A stretch of 32,000 nucleotides of DNA, from positions 810,001 to 842,000 of the forward strand of contig NC_007969.1 of the NCBI RefSeq assembly GCF_000013905.1, given 5' to 3'. This DNA comes from Psychrobacter cryohalolentis K5. GTDB lineage: Bacteria; Pseudomonadota; Gammaproteobacteria; Pseudomonadales; Moraxellaceae. Below the pieces are notes generated by a model. That model saw only the letters and a list, made by a program, of their open reading frames with translations, did no database searches and was not told where the DNA came from. Shown here piece by piece: positions 1 to 9,367 of this stretch. Numbering within the stretch: the stretch's first letter is position 1; the number at the start of each line of letters is the position of its first letter. The translations under genes were made by a program, and so were the position numbers.

Positions 1-759
1 TCAATTCAGCTTGGCTTCTCATCAGTGATGATGGACGGCTCGCTTGGTACAGACGGTAAAACGCCGATGGATTATGACTATAACGCTAGCGTGACTCGCG
101 AAGTAGTCAAGATGGCTCATGCTTGCGGTGTTTCAGTCGAAGGCGAGATTGGTTGCTTAGGTAGTCTTGAAACTGGTATGGCAGGCGAAGAAGATGGCTC
201 TGGCGCAGAAGGCGTATTGGATCACGAGCAGCTATTGACCAGTGCTGATGAAGCAGAGCAGTTCGTTAAAGACACCAACGTCGATGCGTTAGCGATTGCT
301 ATCGGTACCAGTCATGGTGCTTATAAGTTTACGCGTCCACCGACAGGCGATATCTTATCGATTGAGCGCGTAAAGGAGATTCATGCCCGTATTCCTAACA
401 CTCACCTAGTCATGCATGGTTCATCATCAGTACCGCAAGAATGGCTAAAAGTCATCAATGAAAATGGTGGCAACATCGGTGAGACTTATGGTGTACCGGT
501 TGAGCAAATCGTTGAAGCGATTAAGCATGGTGTGCGTAAAGTAAATATCGATACCGATTTACGTTTGGCATCAACTGGCGCTATCCGTAAATTCCTTGCA
601 GAAAATCCGAGTGAATTTGATCCACGTAAATATTTCAAAGCCTCTATGGTTGCGATGTCAGATATCTGTGCCAATCGTTTTGAAGCCTTTGGTTCAGCGG
701 GTCAAGCGCATAAAATTCGTCCAATCAGTCTTGAAGGTATGGTTAATTTTTACCCGTAA
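1..759 (+). CDS. fba: fructose-bisphosphate aldolase, class II (5'-truncated by window edge)
   Basis: Frame 1 is open from nt 1 ([14 protein letters not shown]...). Motifs [14 protein letters not shown] and NIDTDLR are typical of zinc-dependent class II FBA. Stop codon ends at 759. Confidence 0.9.
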   Translation, partial: SIQLGFSSVMMDGSLGTDGKTPMDYDYNASVTREVVKMAHACGVSVEGEIGCLGSLETGMAGEEDGSGAEGVLDHEQLLTSADEAEQFVKDTNVDALAIAIGTSHGAYKFTRPPTGDILSIERVKEIHARIPNTHLVMHGSSSVPQEWLKVINENGGNIGETYGVPVEQIVEAIKHGVRKVNIDTDLRLASTGAIRKFLAENPSEFDPRKYFKASMVAMSDICANRFEAFGSAGQAHKIRPISLEGMVNFYP

Positions 760-859
760 GCTTAGAGGGTAAAAGATAGTGCTTGATGTCTAGGTCATGG
801 CTTAACCCATTTTTTATAATATAGTCAGATGAAAATAAAAATGTTATGAAAATTTAAAC

Positions 860-929
860 GCGCTATTGGTATAAATTTTACTGGCGTGCTGCGTTCTCAG
901 AGGCTGCGTAAAATTCATACCAATAGCGC
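860..929. repeat. 22-bp inverted repeat (one mismatch) with 26-nt loop in the fba-ruvA spacer
   Basis: Left arm 860-881 is GCGCTATTGGTATAAATTTTAC. The reverse complement of the right arm 908-929 is GCGCTATTGGTATGAATTTTAC. No T-tract follows. Confidence 0.6.
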
Positions 930-981
930 TATAACACTTTTGTAATAAACTCACTATAGTCTGTATAAGAGGTCGTGGATT

Positions 982-1605
982 ATGATTGGATTGATTAATG
1001 GACAGGTGCAATATTTGATGGCACCGACTGCCTGTGTCATGACCACCTCTGGCGTCGGCTATGATATTGAGTTGCCATTGCCGTCATTCTGCCAGTTGCG
1101 CCTCAATGAGCAGGCGAGTATTTGGACGCATTTCCATGTGCGCGAAGATGCGCAGCTGCTTTATGGTTTTATTGACCGTAAAGAGCGTGATGTCTTTCGC
1201 CAGCTGATTAAAATCAATGGCGTCGGCGCAAAAATGGCTTTAGCAATGCTATCTGCGATGTCAGCCGCTGAGCTAAAAATGCATGTCGAGCAAGATTCAG
1301 AAGATGCCTTGACACGTATCCCAGGTATCGGTAAAAAGACCGCTCAGCGTTTATTAATTGAGCTAAAAGATAAGCTGAAAAATATTGAAGTCGACAGCAG
1401 TCATTTAGAATTTGCTATGCAGCCGGCACCAATATCCGCTGAAGGCAGTATCATTGCGGAAGTTGAAGGCGCGTTGATTAGCTTGGGCTATAAAGAAAGA
1501 GAAGCGCAGCAAGCCATTAAGGCGGCAAAAAGTAATGGCGAGACATTTGCAGATACACAGAGCTTGTTAAAAGCCACTCTGCAACAGTTTCAAAGTTTTA
1601 AGTAG
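982..1605 (+). CDS. ruvA: Holliday junction branch migration complex subunit RuvA
   Basis: 207 aa. Two helix-hairpin-helix motifs (INGVGAKMA, IPGIGKKTA) and a C-terminal RuvB-interaction domain. SD AAGAGG lies upstream of the ATG. Confidence 0.93.
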   Translation: MIGLINGQVQYLMAPTACVMTTSGVGYDIELPLPSFCQLRLNEQASIWTHFHVREDAQLLYGFIDRKERDVFRQLIKINGVGAKMALAMLSAMSAAELKMHVEQDSEDALTRIPGIGKKTAQRLLIELKDKLKNIEVDSSHLEFAMQPAPISAEGSIIAEVEGALISLGYKEREAQQAIKAAKSNGETFADTQSLLKATLQQFQSFK

Positions 1606-1637
1606 CGACATTTTTATAATAAAAAAGCGATTAAAAA

Positions 1638-1670
1638 TAAGCGACATTAAATGTCGCTTATTTTCGTTTT
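1638..1670 (+). terminator. rho-independent terminator/attenuator between ruvA and ruvB
   Basis: Stem TAAGCGACAT / ATGTCGCTTA (1638-1647 / 1651-1660) with a 3-nt loop, followed by TTTTCGTTTT. Confidence 0.6.
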
Positions 1671-1763
1671 AGCCAGTGCTTTATGATGTTTTGCATGACT
1701 TATGCGCAGCGTTTGGTTATGCTATTTGTTACCCAATCTTTTAAAAACAATGCTTTAAATATA

Positions 1764-2759
1764 ATGGCAAAAACTATGATGCAAGATCGTTTGATTAATC
1801 CGCTAGAAGGGGCAGCTGATGCTCCTGATGCCAATATTCGACCAGCATTATTGGCGGAATATATCGGTCAACCGGTGGTACGCGAGCAGATGGAAGTCTT
1901 TATTCAAGCAGCACGGGCGCGTGATGAGGCATTGGATCATACGCTCATCTTTGGACCACCAGGCTTAGGGAAAACGACCCTTGCCAATATTATTGCTCGT
2001 GAGATGGGTGGTAATTTACGTTCAACATCAGGACCTGTGCTTGAGCGCGCTGGTGATTTGGCAGCGATGCTGACCAATTTGGAAGCTGGTGATGTCCTAT
2101 TTATTGATGAGATTCACCGCTTAAGTCCGGTAATTGAAGAAATTCTCTATCCAGCGATGGAGGATTTTCAACTGGATATCATGATTGGTGAAGGACCAGC
2201 AGCACGCTCTATTAAGCTTGATTTGCCGCCATTCACTCTGGTCGCAGCAACCACCCGAGCCGGATTATTAACGTCACCATTGAGAGATCGCTTTGGTATC
2301 GTGCAGCGACTAGAGTTTTATAATATTGCTGATTTAACCACCATTGTCAGTCGCGCAGCGCGGTTGATGCGCGTGCCAATGAGTGAGGATGGTGCCGTTG
2401 AAATTGCGCGCCGTGCACGTGGTACGCCAAGGATTGCCAACCGTCTATTACGCCGTGTACGTGATTATGCTCAGGTCAGAGGCGATGGCAGTATCAATGG
2501 GGCGATTGCTGGTAGTGCGCTCGATATGCTCGCAGTCGATAGACGTGGTCTCGATCATTTGGATAGACGCTATATTGAGATATTGCACGAGCGTTTTGAC
2601 GGTGGACCTGCGGGCGTTGAAGCGGTGGCAGCAGCAATGGCTGAAGACCGCGGTACGTTAGAGGATGTGATTGAGCCATACCTTATCCAACAAGGCTATG
2701 TACTTCGGACTGCACGTGGTCGAGTATTAACGCAGATGGCGATCGATCAGATGCTATAA
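1764..2759 (+). CDS. ruvB: Holliday junction DNA helicase RuvB
   Basis: Walker [10 protein letters not shown], Walker [10 protein letters not shown], sensor/arginine region [11 protein letters not shown]. The ORF-track start at 1683 follows directly after the terminator hairpin and adds a non-conserved 27-aa peptide, so ATG 1764 ([10 protein letters not shown]) is preferred. Confidence 0.93.
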   Translation: MAKTMMQDRLINPLEGAADAPDANIRPALLAEYIGQPVVREQMEVFIQAARARDEALDHTLIFGPPGLGKTTLANIIAREMGGNLRSTSGPVLERAGDLAAMLTNLEAGDVLFIDEIHRLSPVIEEILYPAMEDFQLDIMIGEGPAARSIKLDLPPFTLVAATTRAGLLTSPLRDRFGIVQRLEFYNIADLTTIVSRAARLMRVPMSEDGAVEIARRARGTPRIANRLLRRVRDYAQVRGDGSINGAIAGSALDMLAVDRRGLDHLDRRYIEILHERFDGGPAGVEAVAAAMAEDRGTLEDVIEPYLIQQGYVLRTARGRVLTQMAIDQML

Positions 2760-2770
2760 AGTTAGTCTAA

Positions 2771-2823
2771 AAAAATGTGCCTACACTTAATTAGAATATT
2801 AAATGTAGGCACATTTTTTTTGT
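2771..2823. terminator. hairpin terminator after ruvB (possibly bidirectional, ubiB converges)
   Basis: Stem TGTGCCTACA 2776-2785 / TGTAGGCACA 2804-2813, flanked by an A-run 5' and a T-run 2814-2823. Confidence 0.7.
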
Positions 2824-2943
2824 TTTATTTTTTATAGTATCTATTAAATAGTGGATGAAGGCTCAAGCCAAATGCTTATGCCCATCTATTTTTAATAAGT
2901 ACTTGTTATTGTCAGAAGTCTTTTAGTCAAAGCTACTAACGGT

Positions 2944-4605
2944 TTAGGCTAAGATACGCCACACGACTGCCAAAATCGCTAAGAGGTAAAAAATAGGTGA
3001 TAGCCAACCGATAACTTGTGTTGCAATGGCTATGAAAATAGCAAAGCCCGCCAGCGCCAACCAATCTCGGCGACGGTCGTTTAGCATATCGGCACGGATT
3101 TGTTGAATCTCACGCAGTTGACTGTCTTGACGTGATCCTTGTGAAGCAAGGCTCTGTAACCCTTGATCTAGCAGTCTTGGGATATCAGTGGTCGATAATA
3201 AAATCTCAGGCAACTGCTGACGTAGCTGTTGTAAATTACGCATCGGATCAAGCTGCTCCTTAATCCAGCTGCTTAAGATTGGCTTGGCAAGCGACCAGAT
3301 ATCAAGATTAGGATACAAGTCGCGACCAAGTCCTTCGACATGCACTAAAGTTTTGAGCAGTAGCATCAACTGCGGTGGAATACTCATATGATGGCGGCGG
3401 GCGATATCTAATATTTGCATTAATACACCGGCAAAGTCGATATCGTTAATGGATTTTTGTAACATCGGACCGACAGTGCGTTTCATATCACGCATCAATG
3501 CATGCTTATCAGCACTTGGCGGTATCCAGCCAGCTCGACTGACGATATCAACCATCGCTGTAAAGTTGTTATTCATCACGGACAATAACATTCGCGCGAC
3601 GATAAGCTGATCGTCCTTTGATAAGGTGCCCATGATGGCACAATCAAGCCCGATATAACGCGGCTCATGCCCTAAGTCCACGGCGGCCATATTTGCAGTC
3701 AAGGTATTGACTGGTGGCGTCTCGACAAAAACATTGCCGGGGTGCATGTCGGCATGGAAGAAGTTATCACGGAATACTTGGGTAAAAAATATCGTTAAGC
3801 CTTTTTCTGCCAGTGCCGCACGGTCATAGCCTAATTGATCAAATACCTCAATTTGTGAGATTGGAACGCCTTGTATACGCTCCATGACCATGACGTTTTT
3901 ATTGGCATCATAGACTTCTGGCACATACATCAATGCCGAGCCCAAAAAGTTGTTACGCATTTGCGTTGTATTGTCTGCCTCTAATGTCAAATCTAACTCG
4001 TTGAGCATGACTTGACGGTAGTCTTCAACAATATCGATGATGTGTATTGCACGAGCTGCTTCGATACGCGCCGATGCCCAATTGGCGAGTTCTCGTAGCA
4101 ATTCAAAATCTGTAATAATGGTCGTGCGAATATCAGGACGAACCACTTTGACCACCACTTCACGCCCATCATGCAGCGCAGCGGTATGTACTTGGGCAAT
4201 AGAAGCAGCAGCTAGAGGCTTGACGTCAAAACGTGCAAATAAAGAGCCAATAGATTGACCGAGACCGTGTCTAGGGTCTTGGATTTGCGCAATCGCAATA
4301 TCAGAATCGAAAGATTTAACTTTATCTTGTAGTTGAATAAGTTGCGCAATAATCTCAGGTGGCACGAGGTCACGGCGGGTCGAGAGTAATTGTCCAAGCT
4401 TTAAAAATAGAGTCCCCATATCTTCAAGCGCGTATTTAATCGCATTAGGCTGATGCTTTTTCCCCCACGCGGCAGGATGCATACGAATTAATCGCACCAA
4501 GGATTGTAGCTGCGGCGCCTCTTCGACAGAAAAATGGGTGTCAATACGATAGGTGGCGGCAATGCGCCATAGCTCAAGTAAACGGGCGCGATGGGATAAT
4601 AGCAT
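2944..4605 (-). CDS. ubiB: ubiquinone biosynthesis regulatory protein kinase UbiB (ABC1 family)
   Basis: 553 aa. ABC1/atypical kinase motifs (AAASIAQVH, VVVKVVRP, FHADMHPGN). C-terminal hydrophobic helices. Last gene of the ubiE-ubiJ-ubiB arrangement. Confidence 0.9.
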   Translation of the reverse strand: MLLSHRARLLELWRIAATYRIDTHFSVEEAPQLQSLVRLIRMHPAAWGKKHQPNAIKYALEDMGTLFLKLGQLLSTRRDLVPPEIIAQLIQLQDKVKSFDSDIAIAQIQDPRHGLGQSIGSLFARFDVKPLAAASIAQVHTAALHDGREVVVKVVRPDIRTTIITDFELLRELANWASARIEAARAIHIIDIVEDYRQVMLNELDLTLEADNTTQMRNNFLGSALMYVPEVYDANKNVMVMERIQGVPISQIEVFDQLGYDRAALAEKGLTIFFTQVFRDNFFHADMHPGNVFVETPPVNTLTANMAAVDLGHEPRYIGLDCAIMGTLSKDDQLIVARMLLSVMNNNFTAMVDIVSRAGWIPPSADKHALMRDMKRTVGPMLQKSINDIDFAGVLMQILDIARRHHMSIPPQLMLLLKTLVHVEGLGRDLYPNLDIWSLAKPILSSWIKEQLDPMRNLQQLRQQLPEILLSTTDIPRLLDQGLQSLASQGSRQDSQLREIQQIRADMLNDRRRDWLALAGFAIFIAIATQVIGWLSPIFYLLAILAVVWRILA

Positions 4606-4662
4606 GAGATATAAATACTCTAGATAAAGTCAAAAATAAGGTAGGCGTTGTAGAAAAGGCAA

Positions 4663-5358
4663 TTATCTACTATGAGTTAGACGTGCTTGCTCATCTTTGA
4701 TAGCGGCTAGTTTGGCTTCTTCACGTTCAACATCGGCGCGCAGTTTCAGTAGTTGCTGCTTAAGCGCATTTACTTCAGTTACATCTATTGGGTCAGGTGC
4801 ACTATTACCTGCCACATCGTTTGCCCAATCGCTAACATCGTTAAAAGCACGCTTGGCACTATGACGCCAGCTGCCTTTAAGCTGCGATATCAGGAGGTGC
4901 AACTGGCTCGCCATCGATTTACCAATAAATGGTTCAAGTTGTCCCGCAACATCAGGATCAAAGCCTGCAACCAATTGATTGAGTTGCATAAGTACTTTGT
5001 AATCGCCCTCAATAGGCAAGTTGCCTTCTGTACCGCGCATGAGATTCAGTAGCTGGGCAGGATTATCAACGGTAATAATACAATCTGGGCGGCTATGACC
5101 AAGACGCGCACGATCCATACTGGCTTTTTGACGCTCATTCATAGCGCCACTTTGCTCAAACACACTTTCAGTCGTCACTGGCTCAAAACGCAAGCGCTCT
5201 TCAGTGAATAGCACATCTAAATTCACCTCAGGCGTCCCCATATTGAGACGTAGCACTTTGCCAGCAAGTGGCGCTAAACCCGCTTTGGTAATCTCATCAC
5301 TGGAAATAGCCATATTAATCAGCTTTTCAGCACCGGCCAAAAGTAGAACAGTCAGCAT
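4663..5358 (-). CDS. ubiJ: ubiquinone biosynthesis accessory factor UbiJ (SCP2 domain)
   Basis: 231 aa. N-terminal SCP2-like region and C-terminal coiled coil (EVNALKQQLLKLRADVEREEAKLAAIKDEQ). Conserved position between ubiE and ubiB. Confidence 0.7.
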   Translation of the reverse strand: MLTVLLLAGAEKLINMAISSDEITKAGLAPLAGKVLRLNMGTPEVNLDVLFTEERLRFEPVTTESVFEQSGAMNERQKASMDRARLGHSRPDCIITVDNPAQLLNLMRGTEGNLPIEGDYKVLMQLNQLVAGFDPDVAGQLEPFIGKSMASQLHLLISQLKGSWRHSAKRAFNDVSDWANDVAGNSAPDPIDVTEVNALKQQLLKLRADVEREEAKLAAIKDEQARLTHSR

Positions 5359-5476
5359 AAGGCTCTCGCATAGTCAATTGAGCGCCTTAAAAGAGCGCAT
5401 TATTTATAAATATAAGTTGCCATCATTTTACATAATGGCATTCTTATCGCTAGGTATTGTCATTTAAAACTTAATC

Positions 5477-6565
5477 TTATGCTTTAAAGCCGCGATGTAC
5501 CGCGACGATACCAGCTGTCAGATTATGATAATCACAATTTTCAAAGCCTGCTTGCTCCATCATCTGCTTTAGCGTCTGCTGATCAGGATGCATGCGAATC
5601 GATTCAGCTAAATATTTATAGCTTTCTGAATCGTTAGCAACCAGCTTACCCATCATCGGTAGCGCTGTGAACGAATATAAATCATAGGCTTTTGATAATG
5701 GCTCAAAGATAGGTTTTGAGAATTCTAGTATTAATAAGCGACCACCTGGCTTGAGCACACGGTACATCGATTTTAACGCAGCATCTTTATCTGTGACGTT
5801 ACGTAGACCAAAGCTGATGGTCAGCAGATCAAAGCTATTATCATCAAATGGTGCTAGGGTTTCAGCGTTCGCCAAAACAAAATCGACATTATTACAGCCA
5901 GCATTAATCAAGCGCTCACGACCAACTTCTAGCATTGCCGCATTGATATCAGACAACACGACTTTACCGTTGCGACCGACTTCACGGCTAAAGACTTTGG
6001 CTAAATCACCCGTACCGCCAGCGATATCTAATACATGTTGACCAGCACGCACGCCAGATAAGCTAATGGCATAACGCTTCCACAAGCGATGAATACCAAA
6101 TGACATTAGGTCATTCATGATGTCGTATTTTTTGGCGACAGAGGTAAATACGTCAGCCACACGTGCTTGTTTTTCTGCTTTATTAACGGTCTTATAGCCA
6201 AAATGGGTTTCTTCATGACCATCGGTATCAGACGTATGTGGATTATTGATATCGTCACGCTGGTTAAAAAGCGTTTGCTTAGGGGCTTGAGTATTTGTCT
6301 GTGCAGCGTCATTTACAGTGCTATTTTGAGCGTGGTTTTCAGTATTAGCATTTGGCATAGTGGTTTGTTGCCCTTGTGGCGTTCCTATGGGTAGATCTTC
6401 AACATGAGTAAAGTCAGTGTTAATAACGTTATTAACACTTGTAGCGGTATGTTGACGTGCTTTTACTTGAGCGGTAATATTTTGGTTATGAGTGATACTG
6501 TCTTGAACCAATTTATCTTGTATACGGCCATTAGTAGTCGTTTTATTATTTACATGATCAGTCAT
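5477..6565 (-). CDS. ubiE: ubiquinone/menaquinone C-methyltransferase UbiE with ~117-aa low-complexity N-terminal extension
   Basis: The core starts near residue 118 (ETHFGYKTV...[18 protein letters not shown] motif [10 protein letters not shown]). The only in-frame Met between residue 1 and the core is M70. AGGA lies 9 nt upstream of ATG 6565. Confidence 0.88.
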   Translation of the reverse strand: MTDHVNNKTTTNGRIQDKLVQDSITHNQNITAQVKARQHTATSVNNVINTDFTHVEDLPIGTPQGQQTTMPNANTENHAQNSTVNDAAQTNTQAPKQTLFNQRDDINNPHTSDTDGHEETHFGYKTVNKAEKQARVADVFTSVAKKYDIMNDLMSFGIHRLWKRYAISLSGVRAGQHVLDIAGGTGDLAKVFSREVGRNGKVVLSDINAAMLEVGRERLINAGCNNVDFVLANAETLAPFDDNSFDLLTISFGLRNVTDKDAALKSMYRVLKPGGRLLILEFSKPIFEPLSKAYDLYSFTALPMMGKLVANDSESYKYLAESIRMHPDQQTLKQMMEQAGFENCDYHNLTAGIVAVHRGFKA

Positions 6566-6643
6566 CGCGGTGTCCTATGATTTATTTTTATGCTTGTTTT
6601 TAGTCAGATAAAATACTAATAGTTATTGAGACAATAGCGCTTA

Positions 6644-7354
6644 TCATACAGCAAACGCAGCGGGCTTACCGTCATTATCCATGGCATGGACTTCATCAAT
6701 AACTTCAAGCTCGCGCGCGCAAAACGGTTCAATAAAGCTGCTCACACTTTTTAATGGTTTCATGGCTTTAAAGCCTGAATCGATAAAATCATAAAGCGGC
6801 TGAAAGTTGTAGCGATACGCGGTGCCTTTAGCCATCGCAAAAGCTTTTTTGAGCATAAATGAATTCAAGTCTTTGTCAGTACGATAGCAAACGTCTTTTA
6901 AATTATTAATCTGTACGCGACGCTCAATAGCTTCATCAACCGTACGGTAAGCGAGTAGCATGTTTTCTTCATTGACAGCTAACTCTTGTTCGAGTAACCA
7001 CTGCGCCAAATGCAAGTCGAGCTCAATCGCCAATATAGACGCTTGAATACCCATACTGCCAGCTTCTAAAGATGACTCTTTGGCAAGACGCTCAAGTTTC
7101 TTGGCTTTCGGGAGAATGCGCCCTAATTGTTCTGCCAATACTTTAAATTCATCACCACCATACAGCTGCGTTAAAAAATAATCTGCCATTAGCTGGTTTT
7201 TTGGTTGCTCAAACAGCGTGCTATGCGTACGCTTGATACGGGCTTGTTGCCATGATTGCACTTCATTAAGCTTCTTATTCAATGCAGCGTCTTCATGATG
7301 TGGCAGCGCCCAAAAGCGGTCAAGGTGCTGTTGTAAGTTGGCTAAAGCAGACAT
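6644..7354 (-). CDS. conserved hypothetical, predicted all-helical cytoplasmic protein
   Basis: 236-aa ORF with no signal peptide or TM segment, immediately upstream of ubiE on the same strand. The motif DYFLTQLYGG faintly recalls the 'FFLEELY motif protein' family name; that assignment is unverified. Confidence 0.6.
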   Translation of the reverse strand: MSALANLQQHLDRFWALPHHEDAALNKKLNEVQSWQQARIKRTHSTLFEQPKNQLMADYFLTQLYGGDEFKVLAEQLGRILPKAKKLERLAKESSLEAGSMGIQASILAIELDLHLAQWLLEQELAVNEENMLLAYRTVDEAIERRVQINNLKDVCYRTDKDLNSFMLKKAFAMAKGTAYRYNFQPLYDFIDSGFKAMKPLKSVSSFIEPFCARELEVIDEVHAMDNDGKPAAFAV

Positions 7355-7696
7355 GGCAGGTCATCCTATAAAAATAATAATAGTCATCAAGTTGATAATA
7401 AAAGCTGGATAATAAGGGGGCTGGTTAGCGCTAAGTTTTCTACTTATAGGCAGCTATTAAACCATGCTCTTAAGATTTTGTTCACCTTAAAAGAAAATAA
7501 GACAGAATACAAATGCCAAACTGTTACATATAAAGATTGCTCAGCGCTTTCAGGTAGTCAATTTATAAGACTTTATAACACAAATTACATAGCCACGTTA
7601 TTTACTAAAAGAGCGTAGTGCTATGATAAAACAACTTAGCTATTTTAGACGATTATTTTAAACCAATTATTTGATAAGACTATAGCGAGCATAAAC

Positions 7697-9367
7697 ATGA
7701 GCAAAAAAAAGAATAAAACAGACAAGTCAGCAGAAGATGTGAGCGCGCCATTTAACGAGCAAGTCGTTGAGCAGCGTCTTATGCCCAATCCTTTGAGCAA
7801 GTTTTCAATGGATGAAGATGCGCTGCGATTGGCATTGGTTACAGCCCAGTTCGCTCTGCGTGCGACGCGCCAGCCAGAATCACCAAGCACTGATAAAGCC
7901 ATTGGGCTATTAGTATTAGTCAATGGTATGGAGCAGGCAGGTAAGGGGACGGCGGTAACGCAATTGCGCCAGTGGGTCGATCCGCGCCTGCTTAAGGTCG
8001 AAGCAACCATTGGTTATTGTCCTTTAGCACACCAACCGATTTGGCAGACGCATACCAAAGCCATGCCGCGCCACGGTGATGTGATGGTATATTTTGGCAA
8101 CTGGTATGCAGATTTACTTTATAACGTGATGCGCATGGCAAGCGCAGAGCACGAAAAGTCAGAAAAAAATAAGAAGAATAGGAATGTTGAAACGTTACCA
8201 ATTGGTCAATGGCAAGACTATTTACGCCAGCAGCTAACAGAATTGCAAGCTTTTGAGCAAGACCTTATGGCAAATCAAACGCAGCTACTAAAGTGCTGGT
8301 TTCATGTCGATATCGAGACTTTACAGGCGAGGCTTAATGATGACGAGCCAGATCCGAAATTTCTATACCAAATTGATTGGCATGATACGACGATAGTGGC
8401 TAAGTTCAATGAAGTTGCTGCCGAATTATTACGCCAGCAAGGCGATTGGATTATCATCGATGGCGCAGATAAATCGCAAGCAGCCATACATTTTTGTCAT
8501 GAAGTCTTACATGCGATGCAAAAAGCGTTGGTTAACAGCCGAGGAGAAAACAGTGCGGAATCAGATCAAGCACAAGATTCAAACAATACTCATAATAATC
8601 AAATAGAGTATCAGTCAATAAAGTTTGAGCGAGTAAAAATACCTAAGGTACTTACTGATATCGAAGATTCAGATATTGATAAATCTGACTACAATGATGC
8701 ATTGGCTAAGAAGCAGGCACGCTTGGCAGAACTGTTACGTGCGCGTCAAGGTCAGCATGTGGTGTTTGCCTTTGAAGGTATGGATGCAGCAGGAAAGGGC
8801 GGCGCTATTAAAAGACTGGTGGCGCCACTAGATCCACGCGAATATCAAATTTATAATATTGGCGCGCCCATGTTATATGAGCTACAGCATCCTTATTTGT
8901 GGCGTTTTTGGCAAAAGCTTCCGAACGAGCAGACAGACCGCATCAGCCGTGTTGGTATTTTTGATCGTACTTGGTATGGGCGTGTCTTGGTAGAGCGTAT
9001 CGAAGGCTTTGCGACGGATGATGAATGGCAGCGCGCCTATGATGAAATCAATCGCTTTGAAGCTGCCTTGGCAGCGTCAGGCACTTTGGTCATCAAGTAC
9101 TGGCTGGCAATCGATAAAAAAGAGCAGCTTAAGCGTTTTGAGGAACGTGAAGAAACTGCATACAAACAATTTAAATTGACCGACGACGATTGGCGTAACC
9201 GTGATAAATGGTCAGATTATGTACAATCGGCGGCTGATATGCTGGCACGTACGGATACTAAGAACGCCCCTTGGTGTGTGATTGCTAATAATGACAAGCG
9301 CCAAGCACGTTTAGAGGTGTTAGACCACGCTATCGAGCAGCTATCCGCGTTGCTTGCTGCCAGCTAA
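7697..9367 (+). CDS. ppk2: two-domain polyphosphate kinase 2 (polyphosphate:AMP phosphotransferase type)
   Basis: 556 aa with two PPK2 modules. The N-terminal module has a degenerate P-loop (VNGMEQAGKGT). The C-terminal module has the canonical FEGMDAAGKGG and a lid region. They are joined by a low-complexity linker (SRGENSAESDQAQDSNNTHNN). Confidence 0.85.
   Translation: MSKKKNKTDKSAEDVSAPFNEQVVEQRLMPNPLSKFSMDEDALRLALVTAQFALRATRQPESPSTDKAIGLLVLVNGMEQAGKGTAVTQLRQWVDPRLLKVEATIGYCPLAHQPIWQTHTKAMPRHGDVMVYFGNWYADLLYNVMRMASAEHEKSEKNKKNRNVETLPIGQWQDYLRQQLTELQAFEQDLMANQTQLLKCWFHVDIETLQARLNDDEPDPKFLYQIDWHDTTIVAKFNEVAAELLRQQGDWIIIDGADKSQAAIHFCHEVLHAMQKALVNSRGENSAESDQAQDSNNTHNNQIEYQSIKFERVKIPKVLTDIEDSDIDKSDYNDALAKKQARLAELLRARQGQHVVFAFEGMDAAGKGGAIKRLVAPLDPREYQIYNIGAPMLYELQHPYLWRFWQKLPNEQTDRISRVGIFDRTWYGRVLVERIEGFATDDEWQRAYDEINRFEAALAASGTLVIKYWLAIDKKEQLKRFEEREETAYKQFKLTDDDWRNRDKWSDYVQSAADMLARTDTKNAPWCVIANNDKRQARLEVLDHAIEQLSALLAAS

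Noticed and set aside
1683-1763. 5' extension of ruvB ([16 protein letters not shown]...)
   Set aside because: It begins directly after the ruvA terminator hairpin, the peptide is hydrophobic and non-conserved, and the conserved RuvB N-terminus starts near ATG 1764.
2383-2679. Nested or antisense ORFs inside well-supported genes (also 486-674, 3993-4397, 4753-5052, 5751-6394, 7645-8487, 10235-11019, 12463-13477, 15603-16135, 17205-17546, 20149-20678, 25467-26133, 27393-27587, 28354-28572, 29388-29716, 30037-30478, 31715-31900)
   Set aside because: Each lies wholly within, or antisense to, a longer ORF with clear family motifs. None has recognisable domains or a ribosome-binding site.
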